A stretch of 64,000 nt of DNA from Tubiluchus corallicola (GCA_030141605.1 JAQGDQ010000157.1:127537-191536), one strand, 5' to 3'; positions 40,401-55,400 are shown, counted from the stretch's first letter. The notes: generated by a model from the sequence alone, not told the origin. Numbers and translations: made by a program.

Positions 40401-43400
40401 TAGTGTTTGTTTTTATAAAAAAAATTGATATTTGACCAAATTTTTGGTGCATTCTACTTTGAAGCATCATAACGTAGTTTTAACTATGCCGACTTATGGA
40501 CGGTGTTGGTTTGCAAGCATAACAACTTCACGTATAATCACTTTATAAACCCAATTTTTCACATAAGTTAAAATACAGCATACCTGGGATAAGAAGCAGG
40601 TAGTTTTTGATTCAATCCATACAATGGATGCCCGGCATACGACAGCGTCGCTGATGACAGCGGTGATGATGATGATGATGCCATCGCAGAACTCTGCGAA
40701 GGATAAAAACTGGAAACTGAGGAATGGCTAACTTGTTGAGTCTACAAATAAAGGAAAGGTTGAATTATTACTGACGTTTGCTAAACAGTTGAACACTCAG
40801 TGAGAGCCTACCTAATAGATATGTGAAGTTGTGGCTGGACTGCAACTTAAGGCACTACTGAGAATAAACCTCTAAGATTAAACGTTGCTGTCTAAGCCAT
40901 GTTTGGATGTGAAAATCTTTCTTCGGTAAGGTAAACATGCACAGACAGTATGTTAGGTAAAACCCAAGCAAAACTAATACGGCCACCTTGCACCAGATGG
41001 CCATCCATCCAGTAAGTGACCAGGCTCAAGGTTGCTCGAACATAATGTAACAATGCATCACCTAACCATACCTTGTAAGTGTTAATATCTTGCCTGAGCT
41101 CGATTGGCTTGGCTCAGGGAGACCTTGCACCAGATGACCACCCATCCAGTAAGTGAGAAGGCTTAAGACTATTTAACTTCGACTGCCAAAGAAAGTTTTA
41201 GGTACTTAGAAGTTCTAATAATAAAAGACAGTGTGTCATGCAATCATACCTGTGCAGGTGTTAATCTCCTGTCTGAACTCGAATGCTCGGCTCGAGGAGA
41301 CCCATGTTTGACTCTAGATGCAGACTGGTGTTGTTGCTGGGATGTTGACTCCCTTATTTTTGTCACTGACTGCTGATGATGTAACTGCTGATGTTGTGGA
41401 GTTAAAGACTCCCTCGTTTTTGTGCTGCCCGACTGATGAAGCTGCTGCTGTTGGGATGCGGATTCCCTCAGCTTGGAGAATGCCATCTGCACTTGACTGT
41501 CTCCGAATGAGTCCCTCTTTTTTTGAAGCACAGAAGCTGCTTGTTGAGTTTGTGATTCCAGACGGACGTCCCTTTGCTTATTAACACTATGCTGTAAAGT
41601 GACATTATCAACATGTGTGTAAGTTGGCAGTGAGTACAAGTATTGCATGGCGTCAGTCGCCCTGGCTTCCTTTGGTCTGTGATGCTGTAAAGTTTGAGCA
41701 TTAGATGCCGAGGACGTCAAGAGCTGAGAATGCATTCGGGATGCCTGCGAAGCCGTGGTAACAATACTGTCTTGCACTTTTGAATTGTAGTGAACTGTAT
41801 GCGGCATATAACTCTGTGACGAACTTTTACTTTCTTTTAAGACCGACTGCTGACTAGGGGCACGAACTTGGCTCAAGCGAGAGTATAACCCCGACATTTC
41901 TGCCGCCAAGCCCACCTGACCAGTAAGAAGTGAATGATAATGTTGATGCGCTGAACTGACAGGTTTATTTTGTGTATAGTAATCAGATAAATCATGGTGT
42001 TTTTCTGGAATAGTTGTTGGGACAAATCCTCCTGATGTAACATTAGACATCTTTTCGTTTGGTGATGTCTTGGTATGATGACCTTTAACTGAACTAACTG
42101 TCGAAGCATTTAACAAAATTTCTCCTGGCTCTGCAGAAGACCGCCTAACAGGCAAATCATCGTCTTTGGACTGAAAATAAGAAGATGAAAAGAGTGACCG
42201 TTTAGCATAGTCTTTGTTAGCATCAGTTGCAATTCGCTCGGTAGCTGTCAGTGCTGACATCTGTTGGGAACTTGTAGACTGATTACTCGGCTTGCCAAGT
42301 AATTGCTGACTTGTATGTTCGGTAACAGAAGCCACGATGTCACCAACCGATAATCCACGACGAGAGTCTTTGATGTTGTCTGCAGCACGAGGTGCGTCAC
42401 TAGAGGGCGAACTGTAGCGTTGGTTTGTGCTGCCACCACTTGGTGGCGTATTCTTGATAGGTGAATTGTCACTCGGCGGGGAGAGCGCAGCCGTGGACAT
42501 AAACTTCTGATAAGAGTCTAAGAATGAGGAAGACATCATGTGAGTATTGAACTCAAGCGACGGAGATGAAACGGTGGGATTCGTGGGATTCGCAACAGAA
42601 GCTGTTGGGACACTTACTGCTGCTGCCACACCCGCATAACTATGGTCACCATGTTTCTGCTTTTGTGTGGCAGCAGCGGCGGCATTATCATGTATCACAG
42701 GTGATACCATTGCCACATTTCTCACAACTGGTTTTGATGTTTTTGCCGGTTGCTGCTTGTTCGTCATCCCGGATGACTTGTGCAATTTCTCTGATGATGC
42801 ATGATCTGTCTCCTTCACAGCACCACGTTCTAGGTTATTGGCAATTTCCATTTTACGAATTTCGGGTATGTCGGCGTCGGCCACTTCAGCATTTGTCTTA
42901 TTCGACAGCAAATCTAATTTCTCGACGGCCACGGAAACGGCTGCAACAGGCTTCTTTTGTACATTCGGACTGAACTTCTTTTGCAGTTTATTGGCTCTAG
43001 AAATTAACAAAAATGTGCACAAGATATTACATGCAAAAATGTTGGTTCCTTTCGCACGTGGTAAATACTACAGAAGTTGATGTGTTAGGCAAACGTAATT
43101 TCTATAGTTAAAACAATGATTATTACATACGGATTCGAAATGTAACAAAACATTGAAATGTCGGCTTTAAGCTAAATCTGTCACAGTCTGGTAAACTTTT
43201 GCAGAAAAGTTTCAAACGTCTTACAGCAAATTCACTTACTGCTGGATTGGTCGGTCCATCCTGCTTTCCTTAGACAAAACCTGTATACTCATCCACTTAT
43301 CGGGCCAAAAAGGTTTAACTTCCTTCTCCAAGAATGATTGCAGGTAATCTTCCAAATTCTGCACCCGAATCTTCAATCCCTCGTGTATTTTCATCTTCAG

Positions 43401-46400
43401 CTGAACCGCCTCCTTGAGCAGAGCCCTAAAACAGTTTTATCAATAATGGGTAAGACAGTCAAAGCTTTCAAAAATATAATTTTAATTGATTTCCGTTTTC
43501 TAATACTCAATTTACTCTGTCTTCAGAACACAATGCAGTAGTGGGGAGTTTTAATGCTTAAATTTCCGCAACCAATAGAGGGATCATGAAATGTCAATCA
43601 ACAAGTGGGAGTCCACCTCACAATGGCTGATGAAGGTCAATCAGATGCTGTACCTGGCTAGCCATTCCATGTACATTACACAAACCCAGATGTTTACTCT
43701 CATACACCACGGCAAATGCGCATGACTTTACCTGGCTAGCTATTCCACCTACATTACACACCTCCAGACGTTTACCCACATACACCATGGTGAACGCGCG
43801 CGGCTTTATCTGGCTAGCTATTCCACTTACATTACACACCTCCAGACGTTTACTCACACCATGGTAAACGCGCAGGGCTTTACCTGGCTAGCTATTCCAC
43901 CTACATTACACACCTCTAGACGTTTACCCACATACACCACAAAAAAATGTTCAAACATGTCGAAGACCTCACAAAAACTAAACTTGCTAAAAATTAATAA
44001 AACCATACTGTCTGTTAAAATGTAATTAGCTTTCCATTTTTTTCAAATTTGCAATTTAAATCCTTCTATAACGTGGGAATATGCCGACTTCAACACTATA
44101 ATACACAGCATTAGATTGCCAGGTACTACTGTACAGAACAAAACATTATTAATTAAATTTCGTAATTAATAGGTCCTCTTAATTATCATATTCACAAAGT
44201 TTAGCCTGAGCAATTTATGCTGTTTAAAATTGAATGTTAGAGATTATATAAGTCTTTTAAATTGGTCATGCGTAATTTGCTTTACATGTATTTTTGTACC
44301 TCCGACTATACAAGTAACTGGAATATCCGTCCCTCTAGCTAAAATTCAAATTTACTTTACCATTATGCAAAATTTTCAGTGTTACATAACAAAGTTTACA
44401 ATTCCCCACACTCAAGAAATTGGCACGTGAAGAGATTAGGGTTAGGGTTGGTGTTAGGATTATGGTTAGGGTTACGGTTGTGTTGAGGTTAGGGTTATTG
44501 TTAGGATTAGGGTTAAGGTTAGGATTAAGGCAAGGGTTAGGGTTGGTGTTAGGAATAGGGTCAGGGTTACGGTTGTGTTGAGGTTAGGGTTAGGGCTAGA
44601 GTTAGAGTTAGGGTATTTAAATTGTATGGAAAATTGTAAATTCTTCCCTAAGTTTTAATTTCATTGTGAAGTTTTGCTCGTAAGACACTGGAAAACAATT
44701 TTATTGCAAATGTAAGTAAAAATATCTATTATTTTCCTTTCACCACAAGTTCGTGCAGCTGTAGAACTCTTTTCAATGAAGACCAGCATTCTGTTCGTCA
44801 AGTAACAACATTTTAACTTTCAAATAAAAAATGATATCATCCACATATTCTTAATCTAAATTATTAAATGCTCTTATTTTTGTAGTCAGGTAAGTATAAC
44901 AGGGATACACTTCTCTGGATTAGGTGGAACACATTAGGATTTACTGTACTATGGTATTAAATACCAGTATTATCACACAATCCACAGACTAAATACTTGC
45001 CTTGATTGGTCTGACCACTGAAATTTTCTATACGGCATTCTACTTTTACTCTTCTCTTCAGTTTTGCTTTTGGTAGTGTCTTCATCTGACGAGTGGTCAC
45101 TCTGAGATTTTACGTCCTCTTTGTTGGCTTCTTCTGCTTGTCTGTAAATTTGTACAAGAGAACGAGTGAAAGCCACGCAAAGCAAGCAACCACTTATTTA
45201 CTTCTGCACCATTGCAAAATTTTTATATTAAAGGCCCAAAGGATATTCAAGTTTTTTAAGCACATTATTATGATTACACAAAGAATTCATAGTTATTATT
45301 AAACAAAAGAGACTTATAAATTAAATGAATAACTTACCCTTTTCTGGCAAATTTCGAATGCGTGCATGCTGTAAAGATCGCCATGTTTCATGTCTTTGGC
45401 GTGAGCGAGCGAGAATGATGTACATATAATAGAAAGCGTCTTTGGTTACCGATGTTTGTCTACCAATCTTTGGTGACCCCGTGACTGTTACTTATAATGT
45501 CATTTGTCTCGCACAACGAAAAATGGCAGATCTTCAAATTTATCGCTAACAATGAAGTAATACAGTTTTTTGCACCAAACATTTTCAAAATGTAGGCGGT
45601 ACTGCCATCTAACTAGCGAAACGCATGTAACAGTGCCGCATAGCCGCATAAATGTAAAATTGCTTTTGTGTGACAATAATTCTTTCACGTAAGTCATTCT
45701 TGAAAAATAGTATGTTCTCTTCAACATTTTACAGGGTAGATTGCTTTGACTTGTAGTTTAAGGCCGAGTCCAGTTTTCCTTTAAATTTTAATGTTTTAAT
45801 GTACATTTAATGCAGTAACATGCTAAAAAACTCACCTAGAAGCCGTTACGACCTCGCACTGTATTTTGTACTTTTCTAACTGCGGTGTCATCTCTTTTGT
45901 GACAACTAAAAAAATGAAAGACAATAATTTAGAAAATGCGTTACAATAACAACAAGTCATTTAAGACTACTTTGAGTCAAGGAAAGTTGTTCAAACTGTT
46001 TCTACTTTGGGTGGAACTCAGTACAACTGTGCCCAATTAATCCCTTTTATGGAACTGTTTTCACTGGTCAACACCAAATGCCACAACACATCATCCATTG
46101 CTTGGATATCTTGTTTTACAATGTTATATTTTAAGTGCCTCTTCTGTTTGTTTAATTCAAAGAGACAGTTCACGATATACATAGGAAGCCAAAACACTTT
46201 TAAGTCATGTTTCATCAGCCAAAAGTTTACATAAAGCTTTAATCATAACGGTAAACTTCTGAGGAATTTTTCAAGACCCCCAGATATCAAGTTCACGAAC
46301 TTAAGTTTCTACACAGAAAATTACCAACAAAAGATGTAAAACAAACAATTACTAGGTTTTGGCTTGAAATTTTTGATATCAAAATTAAAGTTCCTAAAAG

Positions 46401-49400
46401 AGTGTGAAGGAAACCTGTGTGAGTAAATTCATTCAAAGTAAAAAAAATAGTGTAAGAACTACACCATGTTAATCTAATTTCTTTTCTCATCAATCTACAA
46501 AGTGCTATTTCAATCAAAAGTTTAAAGCACAAAAAACCCTCCACTTACATAAAGCTTAAAAAATTCGTCTCAAAATTTTATGCCACTTACACACTGCTTT
46601 TTTGCATACAGAGCTTGCGTCAACAGTAATGCTTTATAAAACTTGTAAATTTAAATTCCCGTGATGACCGTTAGACACAACCAGTCCGACGATAAGTCAT
46701 TTGAAACAAATTTAGTTAACAATAAGTAAAGTTTGAAAACTAATCAGAACATTCGTAGCACTGTCTTCGATAATGAAGCAAAAGTTTAAATTACAGTATC
46801 TTGTCAATAAGATTAAAAATTTGGTTAGTGAGTGGTGCACCCTGGAGGTGAGTTAATGATATTTTACCAATTGTTGAAAACATTTTAGACAATTAATAAT
46901 TTTCTTTTCTAGTCTGTCAAGCAGGTAAACGAAATGCTAAGTAATATAATTTTGTATGGAAAGTTCTTTTTTGGGACATTATTTAGCATTTCCTTTTCTT
47001 CCCTTGATTTACATTTCGCATACATGGTGTCATGTAATAGTGTAGTCGGAACAGTAATGCGGGAGATTCAAAATGAAACAAACAAAAATCCTTTCAATGC
47101 GAGTACAATATATGCATAAAATTATAAAGTAATATAATTTTAAGGGGATTTTTCTGAAACCTACTTCAGGTACCCCTTTACTTGTCCTTTAAAAACATTT
47201 CCTCTGTACAGTTTCAAACAATATTGACCACCCACCTTGTTTCAATTTGTTCATGACGATTTGTAAGTCTTGTTCACACTTGTCGCCGTAAAGCTTTTTA
47301 GCGCGTTTGAGCAGGGTTTCCTTTCCGCAAGGGAGGTGAGTCGCCAGGTGCGAGTAAATGTGAGATCTGCGAGCTGGAGGAAGAGCCTTACTTCCCGTTT
47401 CTATATCCAGCAGCATTCCATTCACGGCGTCCGTGAAAAATTTCCTTTTAGGCTCAACGGAAATCCTTGCTTCCTACATCGAAAGATCAATATTTTCACA
47501 TTTTAAAAACTTACAAAACATATGCAGAACAAATTTGAAAAAAAAATACTCACAAAAAACAACTTTTACCTCACAGCCACAGGGGGACTAGACTGCTACT
47601 GAGTAAGATAACAAGTTACTTTAAAAGCTATAATTTTTTTATAACAGAGTAAGTCCGTGCTCAAAGATGCTAATGCGTTCTAGCAAGAGTTTTATTCATA
47701 TTTTTACTGATTAATTTCTTTCTGTTTACTTGAAACCACATACCTTTGTTAGTAATATCTAGTTAAATTTATTGGCGGTTTCTCTTTCGTTAAGGTTAAA
47801 TGCCCTATAAATATGTATTGGCAGTTAGCAGTTCAACACTGTGTAGTGAAAGCCAAGGCCTGGAGCTACCTTGGTATAATTTCATCAAACCACCCAAAGG
47901 CTGTATATTAAGAAATTACCCGTCCATTTACAAATCACTCCCTAAGTGTGCACTGCAACCACTTAGCTATTTCCCTTAATCTTAATGAAATTATCGAATA
48001 TAACATTTACTTAGAAAAACAAAAGCTTATACACTTTATATTTATTCCAAAAACCATTTTTCTCTATTACTGTGCCAACTTTAAATCTGCTAGTATGATA
48101 TTCTAGCACTAAAATTGCTATTTATCAGCATCTACAATAAAAAGCTTCAAAGCACATCTTATATACATATACAGTAAACTATGTATAACTTTAACACCCC
48201 GGGACCGGAAAATGCGTTCGATTTATGCGAGAATACGAGTTAGACAATGTTCGTAAGAAAACAAGATTAAGTCAACGTTGTACTATACACTACGTGCTGT
48301 GAAAAAGACAAACTGAGCCTTAAATCAAATATCAAACAACAGTTTTTATGAATAATCAAATATAAAATGACTGGTCCACCTCTGTTGTAATCTGAGTAAC
48401 ATGGTTAATAGAATTCGGACATAATACTGTGACCCAAGTAATTTGACCTCGTTCGTTAAGTCATGTTATGCTCAGCGTTCTCCTAAGGCGATACCAGAAT
48501 ACTTAGCATTTTTGCTGAAACCAGCAGTTAAAATCGTAATGTGGGGCACACTTTTGCATAACATTCTTTGTTATGCAAAAGTGTGCAATCTTGAGTGGTT
48601 GTTAAAGATAGGCGGGTAATTTCAATTAGATTGGTACAGAGAAAAGTGAAAGGGAAAGTCCGTTCCATGAGATCTGTTCCAGATACGCAAGAATTTGAGT
48701 TATAGAGGATTAAGTTATACGTAGGTTACTATATGCAGAAATATACATATTTCTCACTGCAAAATAATATTATATAAAAACTCCAGTTGCGTAAATTATG
48801 TTAAACAAAACATTGGCAAATCTAAGCCTATACACTTAGCCAATCAACTGAAATGGAGCTGTTTTGAAAATCCTACCTGTTTTATCTTATTGACCATATT
48901 TAGCAGGTCTTTCGGCAGGTCATCCGGAAGCTGAGATATTGGAATGTTGTTAGATAATAATTCACTTCTCGGTGAATCTGTGTCATTGCTTTCGCCACCA
49001 TCACTGTCCTCGTCAGCCGAGTCCAAATCTATTCAAACAATCAGAAAAAGTAGCAAATAAAATCCTTAAAGCACAAGAAAACACTGTTCATAAATAAAGC
49101 TTAAGAAATTTATGTTGAAATTTTAAATCACTCACATGTTGTCTTATTGCATACAGAGTTTGTGTTAACAGTAACGCTGTATAAAACTTACACAATGAAA
49201 TTCTCACAATGAATATTAGGCGCAGTCATTTTAAAGATTAAAAAGCTCAAAAAAGTTTAGATAACCTTGCGTAAAATCTGAAAAAATAACCAGAGCATTT
49301 GTAGCGCATTCTTCACAAACTAAACAAAAGTTTAAATTACTTTGTATTGTCAATAAGATCAATATTGTGTTCTAAGTGAATTATTCGTGCACACTGGGAT

Positions 49401-52400
49401 GGTGATACAGTGCTGTTTCACCAGGTGGCACAATTATTTTAAATTATTGAGAATTTTCTTTTTCAATTACATAAGTCTTTCAAACACGTAAGTATAATAC
49501 TAAGTAATACGACTTTCTGTGGAAAGTTTTTTACGATATCCTTTAGAAATCCGTTTGCCCCCCCCCCCCTTAAAGAATGCTGAAGTACAGAGACTTTTAA
49601 AATAAGTTTCAAGAATACAGCATTACAGTACTGCATTATTTACGCTGAGGCAGTGCGCTCGTATTTGTTTTCCTAGAAAAAAGTATCCAATTTAAACTAG
49701 TATAGTAGTCACTGTTTAATAGGACCAGAGATAATAAAATCAGCTGCATTTTAGGGTAGTTGATGCACCATCTGAAATTACCCGACAGAAACTACAATTA
49801 TGAAAAACCAGTGAGTAAAACCAGTGCACCATTATAATAAGACCATGTTTCAGTAACAGCCAATAAAAGCAACAATAAAATGCAAAAATAAACTGTGTTT
49901 TTGACAGTTTGCCTATTTGTAAGAATTTCTAGATACTAAAATTTAAATACCGCTTCCTAAATTCACCTCTTTTTAGTCAAAGTCACAGTGAAAGTTAAAG
50001 TCGATTGTTTCGTCATAACTGCTCTGCATGTACAGCTGCTAGTCTGTTTATTGAAATTGAATCATAAACGAGAGAGTTAACTGTTTAATAAGCTTTTTCA
50101 CAGTTTCGCAGTTGCTGTGGGTCAAAGGTTAAGTGTACCACAGCGACGTGTCTTAACTATAACTGTCGCGCGACATGTGTGTAAAACAAAGCTGTCTGCC
50201 GCATCAGTTCAGTAACATCAGTTGTTTTACAAGGACTTTGCTTAACTATACATTAGTCTGTGCATAAAGTGATCTACTAGCAGGATCTTGCTTGAGAACA
50301 AGAAAAAATTAACTAGGTAAGGGTCTACCTTGCTGTTAAAACGTTAATATTACAGTAACATAGGCTGTGAGGCGATGTCAAGTGTACACAAATATGTTGT
50401 CTGCGACACTTAACCTTTGACCTTTTCACGACTATCATCAATCGGTGGAATTGTGAAAAGGCTTGTTGTTATGTATTATGCTTTGTCAAATACACAGGCT
50501 TGGAACAGGACACTGCATAACAAAACTACTGTTTATTAAGACCACTTACTGCTGGTCCAGTGGTGGTTTTACTAAGCGGCGACTACCGTAGTTAAAAACA
50601 ACGCACAGTAAATATGTCTGTGTGCGAAAATTAACACTGTGTTGCTCAGCATCAGGCAAGGATAGGTAAAATATTATGGCTGGTATAAATAATTATTTTT
50701 TGAATAAATGAATAAAATAAATAAATCTGCACATCAACAATCTAGACATCTACAGCACAACAATCATTTCAAATTCTGTCAAACTGCAATTCAACAATCA
50801 AATCTAGAAATAAAAATGCTCCAGGAAAAGACCTATCAGACCAAAACAGAATAAATGCTGACAGCCAAATATGGTACAGCACATCTTTTCTGGCAACAAT
50901 TCGTGTATCCAGAGAATTCAGACTTGTAAAACATACCCTTATTATCTTCCCCATGACTATTCTGCCCAAACTCTTCCAGTAAATTGATATCTATGTCAAG
51001 ATCCTGCGTCGACGCTCCGATGACGCTGTCTATGGCATCCATAATGGACGATTCTTGCTTCTTGGTCAACTGTGTGACGTCGTTTGATTCTTTCTTCGGA
51101 GTGTTGGCCTGCATGATGGCTCGCTGTTTGATGATGTCAGCAACTGTTTTGACCTTCTTAACTTTCAAGAATGGCCTGTAAGAAAGCAAGTATATTTTTA
51201 TTGGACTGTTCGTCTAGCAACTCATTGACACACAGTTGTTTCAGAAAGCCTTTTCACAGTTTGGTTGGTGTGCATGCGCAGTTATACAGGTCAAAGGTTA
51301 AGTGTACCACAGCAACACGCATCTTAATTACAACCGTCATGAGACGTGTAAAACAAAGCCGTCTGCTGCATCAGTTCAGTAACTTCAGTTGTTTTAAGTG
51401 GACATTACTTAATTATGCATTAGTCCGTGCATAAAGTGATTTACTAGCAGGATCTTGCTTGGAAACAAGAAAAATGAACTAGGTAAGGTTCTAGCTAGCT
51501 GTTAAAACATGTTAGACTGCTACTATTACAACAGCATCAGCTGCGAGGCATTGCCAAGTGTACACAAACGCCTTGCCTGGTACACCTAACCATCAACATC
51601 AATCACTGCCATTTGACCTTTTCACAATCATAATGAATCACTGGAACTGTGAAAAAGCTTTTTAGTCACAATAAATACAAAAAACTCTATATATTAAATT
51701 TTTATGTTCATTTATAATTCAACATTCAACACACCATCAATTAATGGCAGGACACCGGTGTACTTTGCATTTTCATAATTGATTAATCAGTTCCTTAAAC
51801 CGATTCGGCAGTCGATTGCAATCGATTCACGACTGTAATCGACTAATTGGTTGCATTAATACCATCCATGCCATTTGTGACATCTAACGTTTCAGTTAAA
51901 TATATTTATGTTTTTAAAGACACATCACACCACCCACAATTGTAGATTTGACAGATATAAATCAATCATTAACTTAACATTACCCTTTAATTTTCTTGGG
52001 TTTTTTGAAGCCTGCATCCCCTTTCTTTCTACCATCATCTATACCATTCAGTAATTTTCTCTGCAAATAGCAAAAAATAAACTAACTTTAAAAAACCGAC
52101 CATTAAAATCATTTTTCTAATCGGATTGGCATTCACTAGTGAGTCTGAATTGGAAAGTAATTAAATTTAAGTAAATAAATCAGGAATATAACTAAGTTAT
52201 CAGTTAACTAAGTAAATGTTTATGATTAAATATTTTTCTAAGAAACAAACAAGTACCATAAACATAAACCAGGACCATACCAAGTACCATACCATGTAGA
52301 ATGCTTTAAAAGATCTTAAAAACACATTTAGATGGGTTTGCTAGCCGAAAAATGACTAATGTGTTAAAGGATGTTGTTTTTATGCAAATGTAACTCCAGC

Positions 52401-55400
52401 AGAAATACAGTACTTCAGAGACTACTGTACCTTCCTCCTTCTATTTGCAGAAGCCGAAGAACTGTCCGTTCCTTCATCAGAGTCAGACGTAATTTTCTGT
52501 TTATTCTACAATGAAAATGGATTAGTACTGATAACTGAACATCTGAAACCGCATGTTAAGCATACCTGTCTAAACACGTGCTGACAATAGCCAAACTTTT
52601 ATATTTAAGCATGATTACCAGAATTTCATAGTAATCATAGCAGGAGCCACTTAATTGACTCACTTTGTGATGGATCAGTTGTGACCCATGGATCTAACCC
52701 ACTGAAGCTATTAGCTAACACATGCAGTATTACTACTATAGAGAAATATGAGTTATCGCTCTTCAGTAAGCCTCTTCAGCACTGCAAAGGATGAGAGCTT
52801 TAAATGTTAGATCTATATACTTATTTTCTCCACTTGTAAAGTCGCAAAAAATACTGGCAGATTGCTGCTGCATCGGTGGCACAACAGCTAAAGTTAACTG
52901 ATTGAAATGTTCTTTGAAAAGCACCAAAAGCTTCAAAAGGAAACTGCTAGGCATAGGAGCGGCGCGTATCAGACGTTTTTGAATCAATTAGGTGACTGAT
53001 TCTCTTAACAGTGATTCACATAAACGGCTCCCACTGCACAAAAAGCTGCTACAAGTTGCTCGGAAAAACACGATTAAAAAACTGCATAAAACGTTCGTAA
53101 ATGCAGCTCGGGTACCATAGATTTATCTCTGTAATAAATCATGAACAATATACCTTCTTTTTCTTCCGCAGGGAATTTGTAAAACTATGGGAATCTTCAC
53201 TATCAGACACGTCACGGAATTCTAGATCTCCAGAATTAATGTAGAAGCCACCGAATTCAGTTGTAAGAGTTGAAGGGACCAACTCATCATACTGTAAGAA
53301 ATATGTCAAAGTCAAGAGAAATCAAATTTAAACGACATAAAGAAAGACAAAAATTTTATTAATTTTGACTGAAAATTGGTGAATGATAGCCTACGTACCA
53401 GCAAAATATACTTGTTTTTATATTTTACACATTAACTGATACAGAGCAATTGATTTACGAAATTGAATTAAACATATTATAATTATTTGAATAGCTGATA
53501 TCTGAAGATTGGATGAAACAAGCATTTCATCAACTGCATCATGTACTTTAAAAGATTCAATAACTCTCGACACAATTTGCACCAGAAATAAACAAAGAAG
53601 TGGGACAAGCAATTTTTTTATATGTATACTACACAAGTGTTCATTGACGTAACTTCTTAGAGCTTTGCTAAATCCAAACACAAGTTGGAAATGAGGAAGT
53701 GCTTCTTCAACATCAATACATGTTACACTAACAAACTTTACAAGTAAAAATATAATAAGCAGAATACATCAGCCATCTCGTACTTCCCCAAAATAGAAGC
53801 AGAACTCAACAAGTGTTTCCAACTTGCATTTGATTGTAAAAACATTCTTAGCTTCTAATAAAGACAACAGAACACTTACCGCTTCAGAATTATCGACAAA
53901 TGGATCATTTTCATCATAGCCCATCCCGAGGTCCATATAGTCTTCCCATTTTCTATTATGCTTGCGTCCCTTTTTTGAAAATTGCTTGGGAGTCTAACAA
54001 TAATAAATAAAACCTGTATTACTAACTACAATTTTTTGTTCTAAGTTTCCATGAAACTAAACGTACCAAAACTGTATTTACTATAATAGATCAACTCTTT
54101 AACCAGTGGCGGCTCTTGTATAGCCACTGTGACACTGCAGCATCCCCCTATTTTCACTCGATATTGTTGATAACATTTAATATAATGAGTCTTTATTCTT
54201 TGGTTCTTTCTTTATACTTGTAAATCCTTTTACCAAAGCACAGCACATGACGGAATTGTGCGCTTCACAGTTCCAGCGATGCAGTGTTTAGCTATTGTGT
54301 ACATGTGGCCATGTGCACAAATCCGAGATAAGAAGCTGCATGCTACGTAGAGAGAGATTGCACTCTCGCTCACCCAGTGTCAAGACCCTGTTGTACAAGT
54401 CTTTTTTTCGACTCAGCATGTGTTGTGCTTAAAAACCATGCACTATATTCTTGAATGTGATACAGTGTAGAATTAAATGATTGCCAGGTTTCCAGCTTTG
54501 CTGTTTAATTCAAAGTTTTTTGGTTCTTTTATTTTACAGAAAATTTATATAATTTAATTATGGCCTCCTTGCATTCCCAAGAAGTAAGTTCTGTGACTGT
54601 AAGTAAACTTCAACAGCTTAAGTTTGCACAGTTGGTTCTCCATGAGAAAGTTACAGTTAAGAAAAGAGGTCATTCAGCACCTAATTTTCAAATATCTCCT
54701 ATATCAAAAACAATGGTAAAACTTTTCTGAAGCAGTAGCCCCCACTAATTTTAGCTGCAAGCCGCCACTGTCTCTAACATCATTGTTCTTAACTTGTGCA
54801 TAACTTACATATTTTTCTTCGAAACTTCGGGCAATTGCAGCAAGTTTGTCACTCTCAGCAGCATCCTGTACTGCAAATGGGTCATCGCTAATAACATCTT
54901 GATTCTGAAACAGTCATTTAAGCAATCATATGCATAAACTGATACCTAGAACAAAGCAGTGAAATCTACACTTTATTTGAGCACCAACAGGTCGAGAATA
55001 AACTACTCATAAACAACTATGCATATCCAGCTTAGAAAAGCTTTAATAAGATAGCAAACCATTCAGAATTATCATCAACTCCTGTTTAATTTCAGTAAAA
55101 CGAGGATTACAGACAGAAACATGGTGTACTAATCAAAATTCTGGCACTTATTTTGGCTAACAATAGAACATTTCACAGTCCATTGTGCATTGCTTCTTCA
55201 GCGTAAACATAAACAATATGGAACACCTTGAAATGTAAAATTATATAATAACCCCAACAGAAAACAAAAAAGCGCCATCACCATTAACGATAAGCAATAT
55301 TTCATATTGTTTATGTTTACACTGAAGAAGCAAACCATAATGCAATGAAGGCAGTTTTTTGTTTTCTGTTTGATTTATTTTATAATTTTGCATTACAAGG

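Noticed and set aside
41244-43022. Stand-alone 592-aa novel gene
   Set aside because: Non-ATG start; bounded by phase-compatible splice sites, making it ubinuclein exon 13.
44435-44613. True telomere or chromosome-fusion site
   Set aside because: Short, degenerate, single orientation, intronic and bracketed by element-like inverted repeats.
44991-44996. Canonical GT donor for UBN exon 11
   Set aside because: It gives phase 0 and frameshifts the conserved next exon; the GC donor 4 nt upstream fits.
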